NCBI GenBank assembly: GCA_951804945.1
Contig: OX638156.1
Location: 40,548,001-40,612,000, forward strand
Length of the DNA: 64,000 bases
Direction: 5' to 3'
Source of the DNA: Podarcis cretensis
Lineage: Eukaryota
Shown: one piece after another, positions 24,950 to 35,137 of the stretch
Position numbering within the stretch: the first letter of the stretch is position 1
How the letters are laid out: the number at the start of each line of letters is the position of its first letter
Translations under genes and position numbers: made by a program
The notes under the pieces: model-generated
Database searches by the model: none
Told to the model about the DNA's origin: nothing
What the model saw: the letters and a program-made list of their open reading frames with translations, nothing else

Positions 24950-25180
24950 TTTTGTTTGGCCTGGAAAAGAAGGGAGATATGATAGCCATCATCAAATATC
25001 TAAAAGGCTGTCACATGGAAGATGGAGCAAGCTTGTTTTCTCCTGCTCCAGAGGCTAGGACTCAAACCAATGGATTCGAGTTACAAGAAAGGAGATTCCA
25101 GCTAAACATAAGGAAGAATTTTCTGACAGTAAGCACTGTTCAATGGTGGAACAGACTCCCTTGGGAGGTTGGGGACTCTC
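24950..25180 (+). mobile_element. CR1 LINE ORF2 C-terminal fragment
   Basis: Translation FGLEKKGDMIAIIKYLKGCHMEDGASLFSPAPEARTQTNGFELQERRFQLNIRKNFLTV..VQWWNRLPWEV. Confidence 0.9.
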
Positions 25181-25562
25181 TTTTTTATTATTAATATTTT
25201 AATTAAATTTTCAAATTTTACATTTCAAATTAAACATGTTTTATTATACCATACATTCATTGACTTCCCTCACTTGCTTTCCAAGGTTCATTTAACTTAT
25301 CCACCATTCCTGCATATTTTAATATATCCAACTAATTTAATTTTCCTATCTTACATCAGTTCAAAATATGTTATATTGTTGAATTACTTTAATACTGCCA
25401 GCATTTTTAACTGTGCACAATTATTTTCAATATACTTGACAAAAAAAATCCACTCCTCTTTAAATACCTGTTCTTCTTGTTCTCATATTCTACTTGTTAG
25501 GCCTGCTAGTTCTGCATATTCTATCATCTTAAGTTGCCAGTCTTCCTTACTAGGGACCTTTC
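25181..25562 (-). mobile_element. L1-clade LINE 3' end (5'-truncated)
   Basis: AT-rich tail; minus-strand translation KVPSKEDWQLKMIEYAELAGLTSRI*EQEEQVFKEEW resembles the lizard L1 ORF2 C-terminus. Confidence 0.8.
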
Positions 25563-25570
25563 TCACTTTC

Positions 25571-26565
25571 ATATTTTTTTTAAATAATATTTATTCAAGT
25601 TTTAACGATTACAAAGAGAAAAAAGAGAAAAAAGAAAAATAAAAAAGACAGAAAAAATACAAACAATTAATAAAGAACAGATCAAACCTTTACATAGCTT
25701 TCTTTCCTTTGCTTATTTCCTTGACCTCCTCACACCTCCCATTTTTGTATTCTAATTCAATTTGTTATTTCAGCAAATCCTTCCAACCTTGTTTTTATCT
25801 TAATAATTTGTCTTAATATACTATAATTTTACATTCTCTCTTTCACCAATTCATTTTTACTTAATCCTTTATGTCATTTCTGCTAAAACCACATAATTTT
25901 CTTTTCCCAACATCTTTCTAGCAATCCTTAATTTTGCAATATTGCTTTAAACATCCTTTTCATCTCATTATATATCATTTCCCAATATACTTTAACTTTT
26001 TTGCATACCCACCACATATGGAAAAAAGTTCCTTCTACTTCTTTGCATTTCCAACATAAGTCCGATTCCACCTTATACATCTTAGCTAATCTACTCGGAG
26101 TTAAATATCATCTATGGATCATTTTCATATAATTCTCTTTCAATGTGTAGCATGCAGTAAATTTCAGATCGTTTTTCCCAAAGTTTCTCCCAGAGGTTTA
26201 AGTCTATATTATATCCTATATCCATTGCCCAGTGGTTCATTGATTATTGAATCAGCTCATCTTTTGTTTCCCATTCCAATAACAGTGTATACATTTTGGA
26301 CAATAATTTTTCCTTGTTCGTCAATAACTCTTTTTTCAAACTGAGAGCTTTTTAAAAAACCCACAATTTTTCTTATCTAATTTAAACATATCATGTAATT
26401 GGTGATACTGAAGCCAATCAGTAACTTGGCTCCTTATTTCTTCCAGTGGTTTCAGTCCGGGTTTGTTCCTTGAAAAGTCCAACAAATCTCTATAGGTCAC
26501 CCACCACCTATCCATGTTTATTCTTTTAATTGTAATTGTTTCAATTGGCGACAACCATAGGGGTT
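25571..26565 (-). mobile_element. Second L1-clade LINE fragment (3' UTR plus ORF2 Cys-rich region)
   Basis: Minus-strand PLWLSPIE...DWLQYHQL and TPSRLAKMYKVESDLCWKCKEVEGTFFHMWW (CCHC-type knuckle); stops and frameshifts present. Confidence 0.85.
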
Positions 26566-26939
26566 GCAATGCCTGGCATCCTCCAAGTCTTTCCATCCCT
26601 TTGGAACCCCATCCTCTCCACCTCCCACTTCTTGCAACATCCTTCTCCTGGTTGCCAAGGACTAAACTCTTCCATCATGACATTTCACTTCTTTCCTTGT
26701 GGAAAATGAATTTCCAAGGCATTTGCTGCTGCTGCTGCTCCATTGAATGCAGGGAAAAAGGCGGATAGAACTGGAGAAGTGCTCTCTTTCTTAGACCAGC
26801 TTAGGTCAGCAGCAGTTTGGAGGTCTCTTTTGACTTGCTGAAAGAGAGTGTCTGGTGGGGATTTGCGAAGTTGATAACTGTTAACAGCAGGTTTTGTTTT
26901 GTTTGGAGCTGGCCCTGTATACGCTATGGGTGTGCACAG

Positions 26940-26945
26940 CACACA

Positions 26946-26980
<35 letters not shown>
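26940..26980 (+). repeat. Compound (CA)n(GA)n microsatellite
   Basis: Direct inspection. Confidence 0.95.
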
Positions 26981-26981
<1 letters not shown>

Positions 26982-27805
26982 AAGCCAGATCTGAATCAAA
27001 AGCATCCTCACCCTGCAATCATAGCAGATTAGGCAAATCTGACCAGTTTGCTTGTTTCAAGGCATGTGCTTTCTTTGGGGGCGGTGGGCAAATGCTCATG
27101 TAAAGGAAGGGTTGATCAGTGACAGATTAGCCGGGGAAGAGGGCAGAGTGCTTTGAACTGTTGTGCAGGAGGAGCAGGAAGGTGGCCACTGACCAACGAC
27201 ACTTCTCTTAAACTCTCTTGCAACTTTTGAGATTACAGAAAAGTATCCCCAACTCTTTTCCTCTGCAAGCTGTAGAGCAAGGACTGGAGACAAGAGATGC
27301 CACATTTTTGCCAGGTTCTGCTCTTGCCCAGCAATTCTAGGGACAAGTAGGCCCCATCTGGAGCCCACTGTGGTCCTACTGACTAGAGTCAGCACTCCAG
27401 AACAAGGAAGGTGCTGGCTGCCTTCCGTGGAGGGGGAGAGAGCTGATGAAAAACCCCAATTCGTTTCCCAATTGCATTTTGCTATAGAAATCTCTCTTTA
27501 ACTTTCTCTAAAACGAAGGCTGTGGTCCTGGGCAAATCCAGGCCATAGAATTCAGCTGCACTTCCAAACATGCATAAAATTAGACTGCCCCTCTCCAGTT
27601 ATATCATTTACCAAATATTAGATAGAAACACTAATATTTCCAATAATTTAGTTCAGTTGCCTAATCACAAATATTTATTTATTCCATGGAATTTATGTGC
27701 TGCTTGATTGTAAAAAACAAAACACCTCAGAGTGGTTTACAAAAAAGAAACTTTTAAACTTGGGGCATATAGTTGTTATAAGTGTAAGATTTTGTTACAA
27801 TATTA

Positions 27806-28012
27806 CAGTGTACATACGCTTCAGGTTACACACTCTGCTAATCTAGAAATAGTGCTTCAGGTTAAGAACTTTGCTTCAGGATAATAACAGAAATCGGGCT
27901 CCGGCGGCAGCAGGAGGCCCCATTAGCTAAAGTGGTGCTTCAGGTTAAGAACAGTTTCAGGTTAAGTACAGACCTCCAGAATGAATTAAGTACTTAACCC
28001 GAGGTACCACTG
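27806..28012. mobile_element. Tc1/mariner-pogo (Tigger-like) MITE with partly deleted left TIR
   Basis: TA|CAGTG ... TAACCCGAGGTACCACTG|TA; internal repeats of GCTTCAGGTTAAG. Confidence 0.75.
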
Positions 28013-29546
28013 TATATGCAAGGAGTTGCAGAGTATTATAACATTGCAAGGACTCTTATTTAGTCCAGTGTCTTTTGCATAATTAAGTACATGAGCTTCA
28101 TTGCAAGGTGTATCTGCCTATTTTAAGGTATGATGCAAACCCCCCCCCCCCGCTTCCTCCATCCCATCACATTTGCCTTTAGGGCCTAAATGAGGTTTGC
28201 CTTTGTCAAACTGTCCTCCTACTTTCCTCTTAGCAACTGCAGTTCACCAAGGTTCTGACACTTGGTAATGTTTATGAACATTCTGTGACATCACAGCTAA
28301 TCAGCCGGTGATTGGAGACAGGTGTCTACTAACAGCTGGTTTTTAGCCTATAATATATTTGAGATATCTGAGAAGGTGCAGCCTCCTTTCCTTCTCCTTT
28401 GTAGAAGCACCTGTCTGCATCTACACCAGTTTTGGTTTACATCAGTCCTGTGTTTCACATTCCCCTGCAATTTTTGAGAAAGCAGGAGGATGTGAGCTCA
28501 GAGTGGGCTCAATTCTGCGCTCAGTTCGGTGTTTGTCACCAAACACAGATTCAGCCATTTGCTTTACAGTGCAATCCTAAGCATGCTTACTTAGAACGAT
28601 TTCACCCACTATTAAGCCAACCTACTATGGGAACAGAGCTGTGGACATGAGTGTGCTAGCTTGTATCTCTGCTATGAGCCTTCCTCGAGACAGCTGCCTT
28701 TGAGCTGGCAAATGGAGGGAGATCTTCTTGCAATACTGGTCCCTGATGAAGACCTGCCATTCCTGGAATCTGGCTGGCAGCTCAAGCAGCCCTGTTGCTG
28801 CTGCCACTGATTCCAGCTGTTGTTCCTGCATCTAGCCCCCACCCACCCCCCGTCTTGCCTGCCTTCCCATCCCACTTGCAGTTCCAGGGTGCTGAGCCAC
28901 AGAGCACCAACCGCTGGGCTGTCCGCTTACCAAAGGGAGAGGCGCACAAACAGGAAATTCTTTGCAGTTTGAGCAGAGCTCAGGCACTGGGCTTTGTCTC
29001 CAAATACACCCTGGATTAGTCACACCAAAAGGGCAGGCTAGGATAAAGGGCCCTTCTTGCCCCATTATGAATGTTGGGAGCTTGTAGGAAGCAGAGAGGA
29101 CGAGATTCAAACTGCCCAGGTCAGATACAGAGTTGGCATCTTGTCTTGGCTGTGAGACCTACACAATTGTCCTATGAGGAAACACAGCATCCTTGCATGT
29201 ACATGTCATTCCTGGCATTTGTGGGGAGCCATGGAGGGAAACCTCTTTGGTTGGCTGCAAATTTCTCTGCTTGAGGCTGTGATGGGTGATCCAGCCAAGG
29301 TCCTTTTTTCAAACTGTCTAGGTTGTAATGGTAGCTTTTAAGGGCTTCCTCAGTGAGAAGATGAGTGAAGGCAGACAGGACACTGCTCACATGTCTGCTT
29401 CCATCTTCCCCTGCAATCTGCAACCACAGGGGAGTTTTTGGGTGTATATGGTTTGCAATAAACTAGTTCATGCCACGTGAACTGATTGCATGCCCCAGAA
29501 CAATCTACAGAGCACAAGGAGAGGTTCCTCAGCATGCTGCCCTGGA

Positions 29547-29576
29547 ATAAATATTATGAAGATAAATATTATGAAG
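29547..29576 (+). repeat. Perfect 15-bp tandem duplication (ATAAATATTATGAAG)x2
   Basis: Direct inspection. Confidence 0.9.
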
Positions 29577-30134
29577 GGCAGTCCACAAATGTCGTGAATG
29601 AAAACAAAGCAAAATACAAGTCAGTTGGGAGGATCTTGGAGACCTCCATGTTGAAAACAGCCCTTGTACATTTCTGGTTCAGAAAACCAATCTTTTTCAA
29701 GAACATGATTGGCTTTGAATGAAGGAAGTTGCAGGCAGACACCACTTTGAGATAAATGGGGATGGCTCAAGAGCACTGAAGAGCTTGGCAGGCATTATTC
29801 CTCGTTGCCCTTGAGGTCTCTGCATGAGAATCAAGATCAGTCTCAAGCTGCATATTCAGGAAATAGGGGTCAGAGGTGGGGGGCATCGCCTTGGGCAGCC
29901 ACTTGCCTGCCAATTCTGAAGGCCAACTGTGTTGAACTTCAGGTGGAGCAAAGCTCTTGTGGCTGACTCAGATTCATTGCACTTGGGCTGGATTTCTGTG
30001 GTTTTAATATTTGCGTTTTAGCTTACCCTTCTATGAGATTGGGAAGAGAAATCCTGAATATTAAAACAGTATCAGATATATTTTCTCTGAAGCAACGATT
30101 CAGTTATTTGTAAACTTTTGGATTGCCATATGTT

Positions 30135-30228
30135 ATGGATGCTTTAGCTGAGATCCCTGCATTGCAGAGGATTGGGCTAGATGACACTTGAGGTCCCTTC
30201 CAACTCTGTGATACTAGTATTCTATTAT
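30135..30228 (+). mobile_element. CR1 extreme 3' end
   Basis: CCTGCATTGCAGAGGATTGGGCTAGATGAC...GGTCCCTTCCAACTCT...ATTCTAT terminal signature. Confidence 0.75.
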
Positions 30229-30530
30229 CAGAGATAGTCTGTAGTGAGCAAGAATACCAAGAGGTCTTGTGCAACTTCAAGAACATTTCCCCTTCCTCAA
30301 AGGGATTGGTTGAGCACAAAAGGGTCCTGCTGTACCTGCATATGATTGTGGGGAGATGGAGTAGAGGTGGTCACAGCATTGCCCTTCTTTTTTACTATTG
30401 CATCCATGGGCACCTGAGTGGTGATTATCTCAAGAGTGCATGTGTCTTCCAGTCCCCAGCCCCTCTTTCTGGCCACAAGGCTGTTGGCAACAGTCCCCAC
30501 CCCCTGATGCTCTCTCTTCCCTCTCCCCAG

Positions 30531-30699
30531 GGATGGCCCAAAGGCCAGTCTCACCTCCAAGAAGACCTCTGTCACCACCCCTGCCATAGACTACGCAGAG
30601 TTGCTGCAACACTTTGAGAAGGTCCAGAGCAAACACCTCCAGGTCCGGCACCAGCGAGCCAACCGGGGCGAGAACCTGGATCGGAGAACTGTCTTCTGA
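30531..30699 (+). CDS. VAC14: VAC14 terminal coding exon ([55 protein letters not shown])
   Basis: [16 protein letters not shown] motif; pyrimidine tract plus cag|; phase fits the previous exon (GC|G); TGA at 30697-30699. Absent from the supplied ORF track. Confidence 0.96.
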
Positions 30700-31390
30700 A
30701 GGCCGGAACCCAAGGGACACAGAGGAAGCAGCCAAGCAGCCGGAGTAGCTTAACTCCATGGCTTGGAGTTGAGAAGCAACCTTGGCTGGATATTGCTGCT
30801 AGCTACACATTGAAGAGATGTCACCTGGCTGTGGGGACGAGCCAGCATGTTCTGGGGGGCCTTTTCTGATCCTCCCAGGCAAGATTTGCTTGTGAGGTGG
30901 AACAAGAAGCTGCTGTGTAGTTTGGGATGTGCTTTTCCTCTCTGGCAGTGGTGCAAGAGCCCTCGCCTTCCCTTGTGATGGTCATCTGATGGTCGTAGCC
31001 GTGCTTTTGCTACTGCCAGAGGGGGGAAAAGAAATGGGAGGACTTCCCACTTCCAGCCTGAGAGGGGGGAGGGTGTGTGGGAAACCTTGGTGCAGCCCTT
31101 CCTCCCCACTGATTTGGGGACACAGTTGCCAAATCCACAGCGCCTTGACCCCTCTCAGCAACCCTGTGGGCTTGCACACTGGTCCCCATGTGTGGGTTGG
31201 TCAACTGCTATGAACTCCCAGCAGGATCACCTCCCTTGCCTGCTTCCCACCCAGCCCCACAAAAACCATGTGTTTGGATTGCACAGTCTTAGCTTACAGC
31301 TAACCTGTGTGTATGTGTATATATAGATCTCTATAGACCAACTGTATTTCTAGCCTGGATTTCTTTGTACTATTGTAAAACACTCCTTGC

Positions 31391-31412
31391 AATAAAAGGT
31401 ATGGCAAATAAA
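31391..31412 (+). terminator. VAC14: VAC14 proximal poly(A) signals (AATAAA at 31391 and 31407)
   Basis: Two AATAAA hexamers preceded by several TGTA elements, ~700 nt after the stop. Confidence 0.7.
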
Positions 31413-31937
31413 ATGATTGATGGCAGAATGGACTTCACTTCCTTTGGCTACATCCTCCCTGTCATGAGAGAGATCAAAGGGGTTGCCCAGTTTGCACTGC
31501 TGTTTGGGCAAGGGGGCCTGCTGAAACCTCAGTTTGCTGCCCAAGACTTACCCAGCCTTTTCCTCCAGCTGTTTTGGACTACAGTTCATAGAACTGTAGA
31601 GCTGGAAAGGATCCTCTATTAGCCCCAGCCAACACGACGATGTGATTTTGGGTCTGATGGGAATTCTAGTCGAAAACAGCTGGAGGAAAGCAGGTTGGAA
31701 GGTGAATCTATCCTGCGTGCCAGTCTGAAGGTACCACAACAGGTGCTGGACCTTCTTTCTGCTGCTATCCACTCTGCATAAAGTGCTCCCTGTTCCTGCA
31801 CGTTATACTCAGAAGTAGGTCTGGTTGCTTTCATTTCTGTGAACAGACATGGCATTTTCTTCCATTACAGAGTGGGGAAGTCCTTTCCCTAGTAATCTGA
31901 ACCCTGACATTTTATTTAACCTTTGGTGTCCTGTATG

Positions 31938-31964
31938 AATAAAGTTTTTTTTTAAAAAAATAAA
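31938..31964 (+). terminator. VAC14: Candidate distal poly(A) signals (AATAAA at 31938 and 31959)
   Basis: TGTATG-AATAAA followed by a T-run and a second AATAAA. Confidence 0.55.
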
Positions 31965-32450
31965 GGCTTCTCCTGGATCAATGAGTGTCATTTCCACAAG
32001 CAAAGCTCCCTTTTTAGCCACACTTCTCTTTGCAAGCTCTCACTTGCGGGGGCTTCTGCAGTTCTTTCTGTGTACCTGCATTAAATCTGGAACCTCACTT
32101 TGTAGCCTTCTGGTTGAAAAGGTTTACTAATTGTGACAGGAAAATCTGCCTGCCTTTTGAGAAGCTGATTCTCTTGCATATCTAGCTGTGCCTCCTACTT
32201 CAGACAGCAGGACCTCAAGCAGTGATGCAACAGGCAGCCTCTTCTAGAGGAGATAATCATGCAGCAGCTGCAGCAGCAGCAATGCAATGATACCAGTACC
32301 TCCCCACCCGCAATCTCTTACTACCTAGGTGGAGGCAAGGCCTAAGTAGTAACTCCGTGGAGATGCTGCAGGTGGACTTTGGGCTCAGGGTTGCCTTTGA
32401 CCTTGACCTCGTTTCTAGCTTTAGGCCCAAGAAGCCCCTGCAATTAAGAA

Positions 32451-32570
32451 GGCCTTGGCTCAGCGGGAGGGCTGCTGCTTGGCCGGCAGAATGCCGCAGG
32501 TTCAATCCCCGGCAGCAGTCGAGCCAGGTCTGAGGTTCTGGAGAGCGGCTGCCAAGCAGTGGAGGCAAGC
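32451..32570 (+). mobile_element. Degenerate tRNA-derived SINE with intact A and B boxes
   Basis: TGGCTCAGCGG (32456-32466), GGTTCAATCCC (32499-32509), then CTGGAGAGCGGCTGCCA as in the SINE at 1996. Confidence 0.7.
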
Positions 32571-33189
32571 TTGGGGGACGTGGTGCCACCCTGCTTCCCC
32601 TGGCGAGGTTGGGCAGGGTTGCTCCCATTTTGCAGAAGGGGGCTGGGGAAAGTCCGTGGAGCTTCGAGGCAACAGCTAGAAAACGCAACTGCTCTGCACC
32701 CCGTCCCCCATGTGTAGCCGAGACCCATCGGGCTTCCCTCCCGCCCACTCCCCTCGGGTCCGACAGGAGGGGTGTCTCCTGTCCCCAAGGGGCCAGCCGC
32801 CTCCTGTTAGTGGCGAGCGGAGCGCCTTCCATGGCCCCCTCGGCAGCTCCAGGCTTCGGTGGGCGAGAGGAAGAAGCCGCTGCATCGAAGCTGCCCAGGC
32901 GGAGCGGGGAGTTGTGGGTCACCCGCGTGCTCTCCACGAGTGGCGGCGGCGGCGGCTCCACTGCTCTCCCTGCAAAGCCCCTAGCTTGGGCGGCCCCTCC
33001 CCCTCCTCCCGGCCCGCCCCCTCCCCGCATCGCCCACGTGACTGGATCCCTCTCCCCTCCCCTCCCCTCGGATTCCGGCTGCCTTCTCCTGCGCCCCGTC
33101 GCTCTGAGGCGTCCGCCCGGCTCCCCTTTTGCGCGCGGCGACGCTCTTTTCCTCCCCCTCCCCGGCCGGCGGGGTGCTCGCCGCCCTTC

Positions 33190-33222
33190 TCGTCGTCGTC
33201 GTCGCTGCTGCTGCTGCTGCTG
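33190..33222 (+). repeat. Compound (TCG)5(CTG)6 repeat in the MTSS2 promoter/5' UTR
   Basis: Direct inspection. Confidence 0.9.
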
Positions 33223-33465
33223 CTCCGGGCCAGAGGATGGCCACTGCTCGGAGCGCCTCTTCATCGCCTTCGCTCCCGGCTGCGGCAGCGCGGAGGGCCG
33301 CCCGTGGCGGGAAGTGACCGAGGGAGGCGCGCCGAGCGAGCGAGCGCCAGAGACAGAGAGAGAGGCTGCGGCGAGGCAGAGGGAGGAGGAGGAGGAGACG
33401 CCGCCTTCGCCTTCGCGGGGCTGTGTCGGGACTGGCCCCCCTCGACGGGCTGCCGCCGCTCGGCC

Positions 33466-33534
33466 ATGGAGACGGCGGAGAAGGAGTGCGGGGCGCTGGG
33501 CGGCCTCTTCCAAGCCATCGTCAACGACATGAAG
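33466..33534 (+). CDS. MTSS2: MTSS2 (MTSS1L/ABBA) coding exon 1, METAEKECGALGGLFQAIVNDMK
   Basis: Kozak GCCATGG; recognisable MTSS2 IMD/I-BAR N-terminus; donor AAG|gtgagc; VAC14-MTSS2 adjacency as in mammals. Confidence 0.96.
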
Positions 33535-35070
33535 GTGAGCCGCTTCGGAAGAAGGAAGGGTCCGGCCGGCGCCGGCGCCGCCGCGCCCCGTCTGCACAGA
33601 ATGGGGAGGATGCGGGGACGGGGGGCGGAGGCTGGAGTTGCTGCTGCTGCTACTGCGGGAGGCCGAAACCCGTAAACAAGCCTGGCGGGGAGGGGCGCGC
33701 AAGGCAAGGGGGCTTGCCTCTGCCTCCCTTCCCGGGGAGCCCGTCGCGCCCTTGGCTCCCTGGCCCGCCGGACGCCCGAGGCAGCGCGCGGAGGATGAGC
33801 ACGCGCGACGGCGGGCGGAGTGGGGGGGGGTGTCTCGAGGCTGGCCTGCCGCCGCCGCCCCCCAGCCCAGACAATGCTGTCATTGCAGGAGGAGCGATTT
33901 CGGAGGGGGGGGGCGAATAAAACCATTGGGATGGCGGGGGGGGGGAAGCGGAGCTGCTGCCGCCTTAACTCATTCGGCGCCGAAGCTGTAAATCGGGTAG
34001 CCGAGGCTCCCTCAAGCGCGGCGGCGTCTGCCTTGTGCTTCCCTCCATCCCGGCTGCTCGGCTTCCTCCATCAGACGGTTTTCCTTCTTCAAAATGGCCA
34101 GGCGCTGTTTCGGAAAGAGCTGAGCATAGTAGCAGTTCTAGCCTGGACGGTCGCGGAGACGATACCTCCGAGCATGGGCAGAGGGCCCTTTCGCCACCAT
34201 TTACTATCTATATCTAGTCTAGTCTAGTTCCTACGCAGTAGAAGCGCCGTAAAGCTCTGCATAGTGATAATTTATCTAAATACCAAGGAAGGGGGAGGGG
34301 GACTTAGAGAGAAATGAGTGGATCAGTGGCAGATGGAGGAAGGGGGCGGGGAAGTTGTTGGTGCTGGGCCTGGAGAGCAAAAAGCAGAGGCGAGTGGTGC
34401 TCACTGCCTTGCCAGATTCAGCATGGCGGTAGTTGCCCCTTGGCCTGGCCTGCAGGAGCCTCTTCTACCACCTCCACCACCACCCCTTATGCAAATCTTG
34501 TCAAGATTACTTCTCTTACATGGCTTGTAAAGAAAGTGAAAATGCCACATGGAAGAAATCCACACACCCTAGAAAAATGTGTGCCCTAGGAGGGTGACTG
34601 CAACCAGGAGTTGTGAGGATCAGCAACCTAACTGGCTTTACAAGAGAAAGTGGCCAACCCTCTTGGAGAATGAACATTAGAATGGCAATTTAACCTGGAA
34701 GGATCAAATTAGCAGGCTCAACAACCTTTGAGGTTTAAAAAAACCAGTTTTTCACCAGTGAGCCCTGGGCGGCTCTGGCAAATTGCCCCATGCTAAGGAT
34801 CTGGGGAATTATCAAGACAGAAAGAGTCTCTCTTGTCTTGAACTTCATCTTGAGCCACATCCCAGACAAGGTGGGAAATCTGGCCAACTAAAATTGATGG
34901 CGGCTGAGTTTATTGAGCATCAGATTACCTTGTGGACAACCTCATGCACCTGAATTGCCACTGCAGAAATTGGCCACAAGTGGGGAGGCTGTTAAAATCC
35001 AGCGGGTGAAGCCTTTGGGAGGAGATTGCTAGACACGGTAGAGTGAAGCTTTGGGTTGGTTCTCCTAGAT

Positions 35071-35137
35071 CAGTCTTCCTCAGCCTGGCTCCCTCCAGGT
35101 GTTTTGGACTACAACTCCCACCAGCTGTTCCAGCCAG
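35071..35137. mobile_element. Half MITE (hairpin family)
   Basis: CCCTCCAGGTGTTTTGGACTACAACTCCCA; further copies at ~37039-37117, 39172-39292, 45871-45986 and 52531-52645. Confidence 0.65.

Larger units (their letters stand above)
32700..34250. promoter_or_regulatory. MTSS2: CpG island: MTSS2 promoter, exon 1 and start of intron 1
   Basis: Abrupt rise in GC and CpG density against CpG-poor flanks; GC boxes (CCCGCCCC), E-box CACGTG at 33035-33040, ETS-like GGAAGTG near 33310; boundaries approximate. Confidence 0.92.

Noticed and set aside
27806-28012. CRISPR-like spaced repeats (GCTTCAGGTTAAG)
   Set aside because: Eukaryotic context; short irregular repeats internal to a TA-flanked MITE
32257-33702. 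481-aa antisense ORF across the CpG island (also 32609-33532 + and 33261-33926 -)
   Set aside because: Low-complexity R/P/G/A/S translation; several frames are open at once because GC-rich DNA lacks stop codons; no recognisable domain
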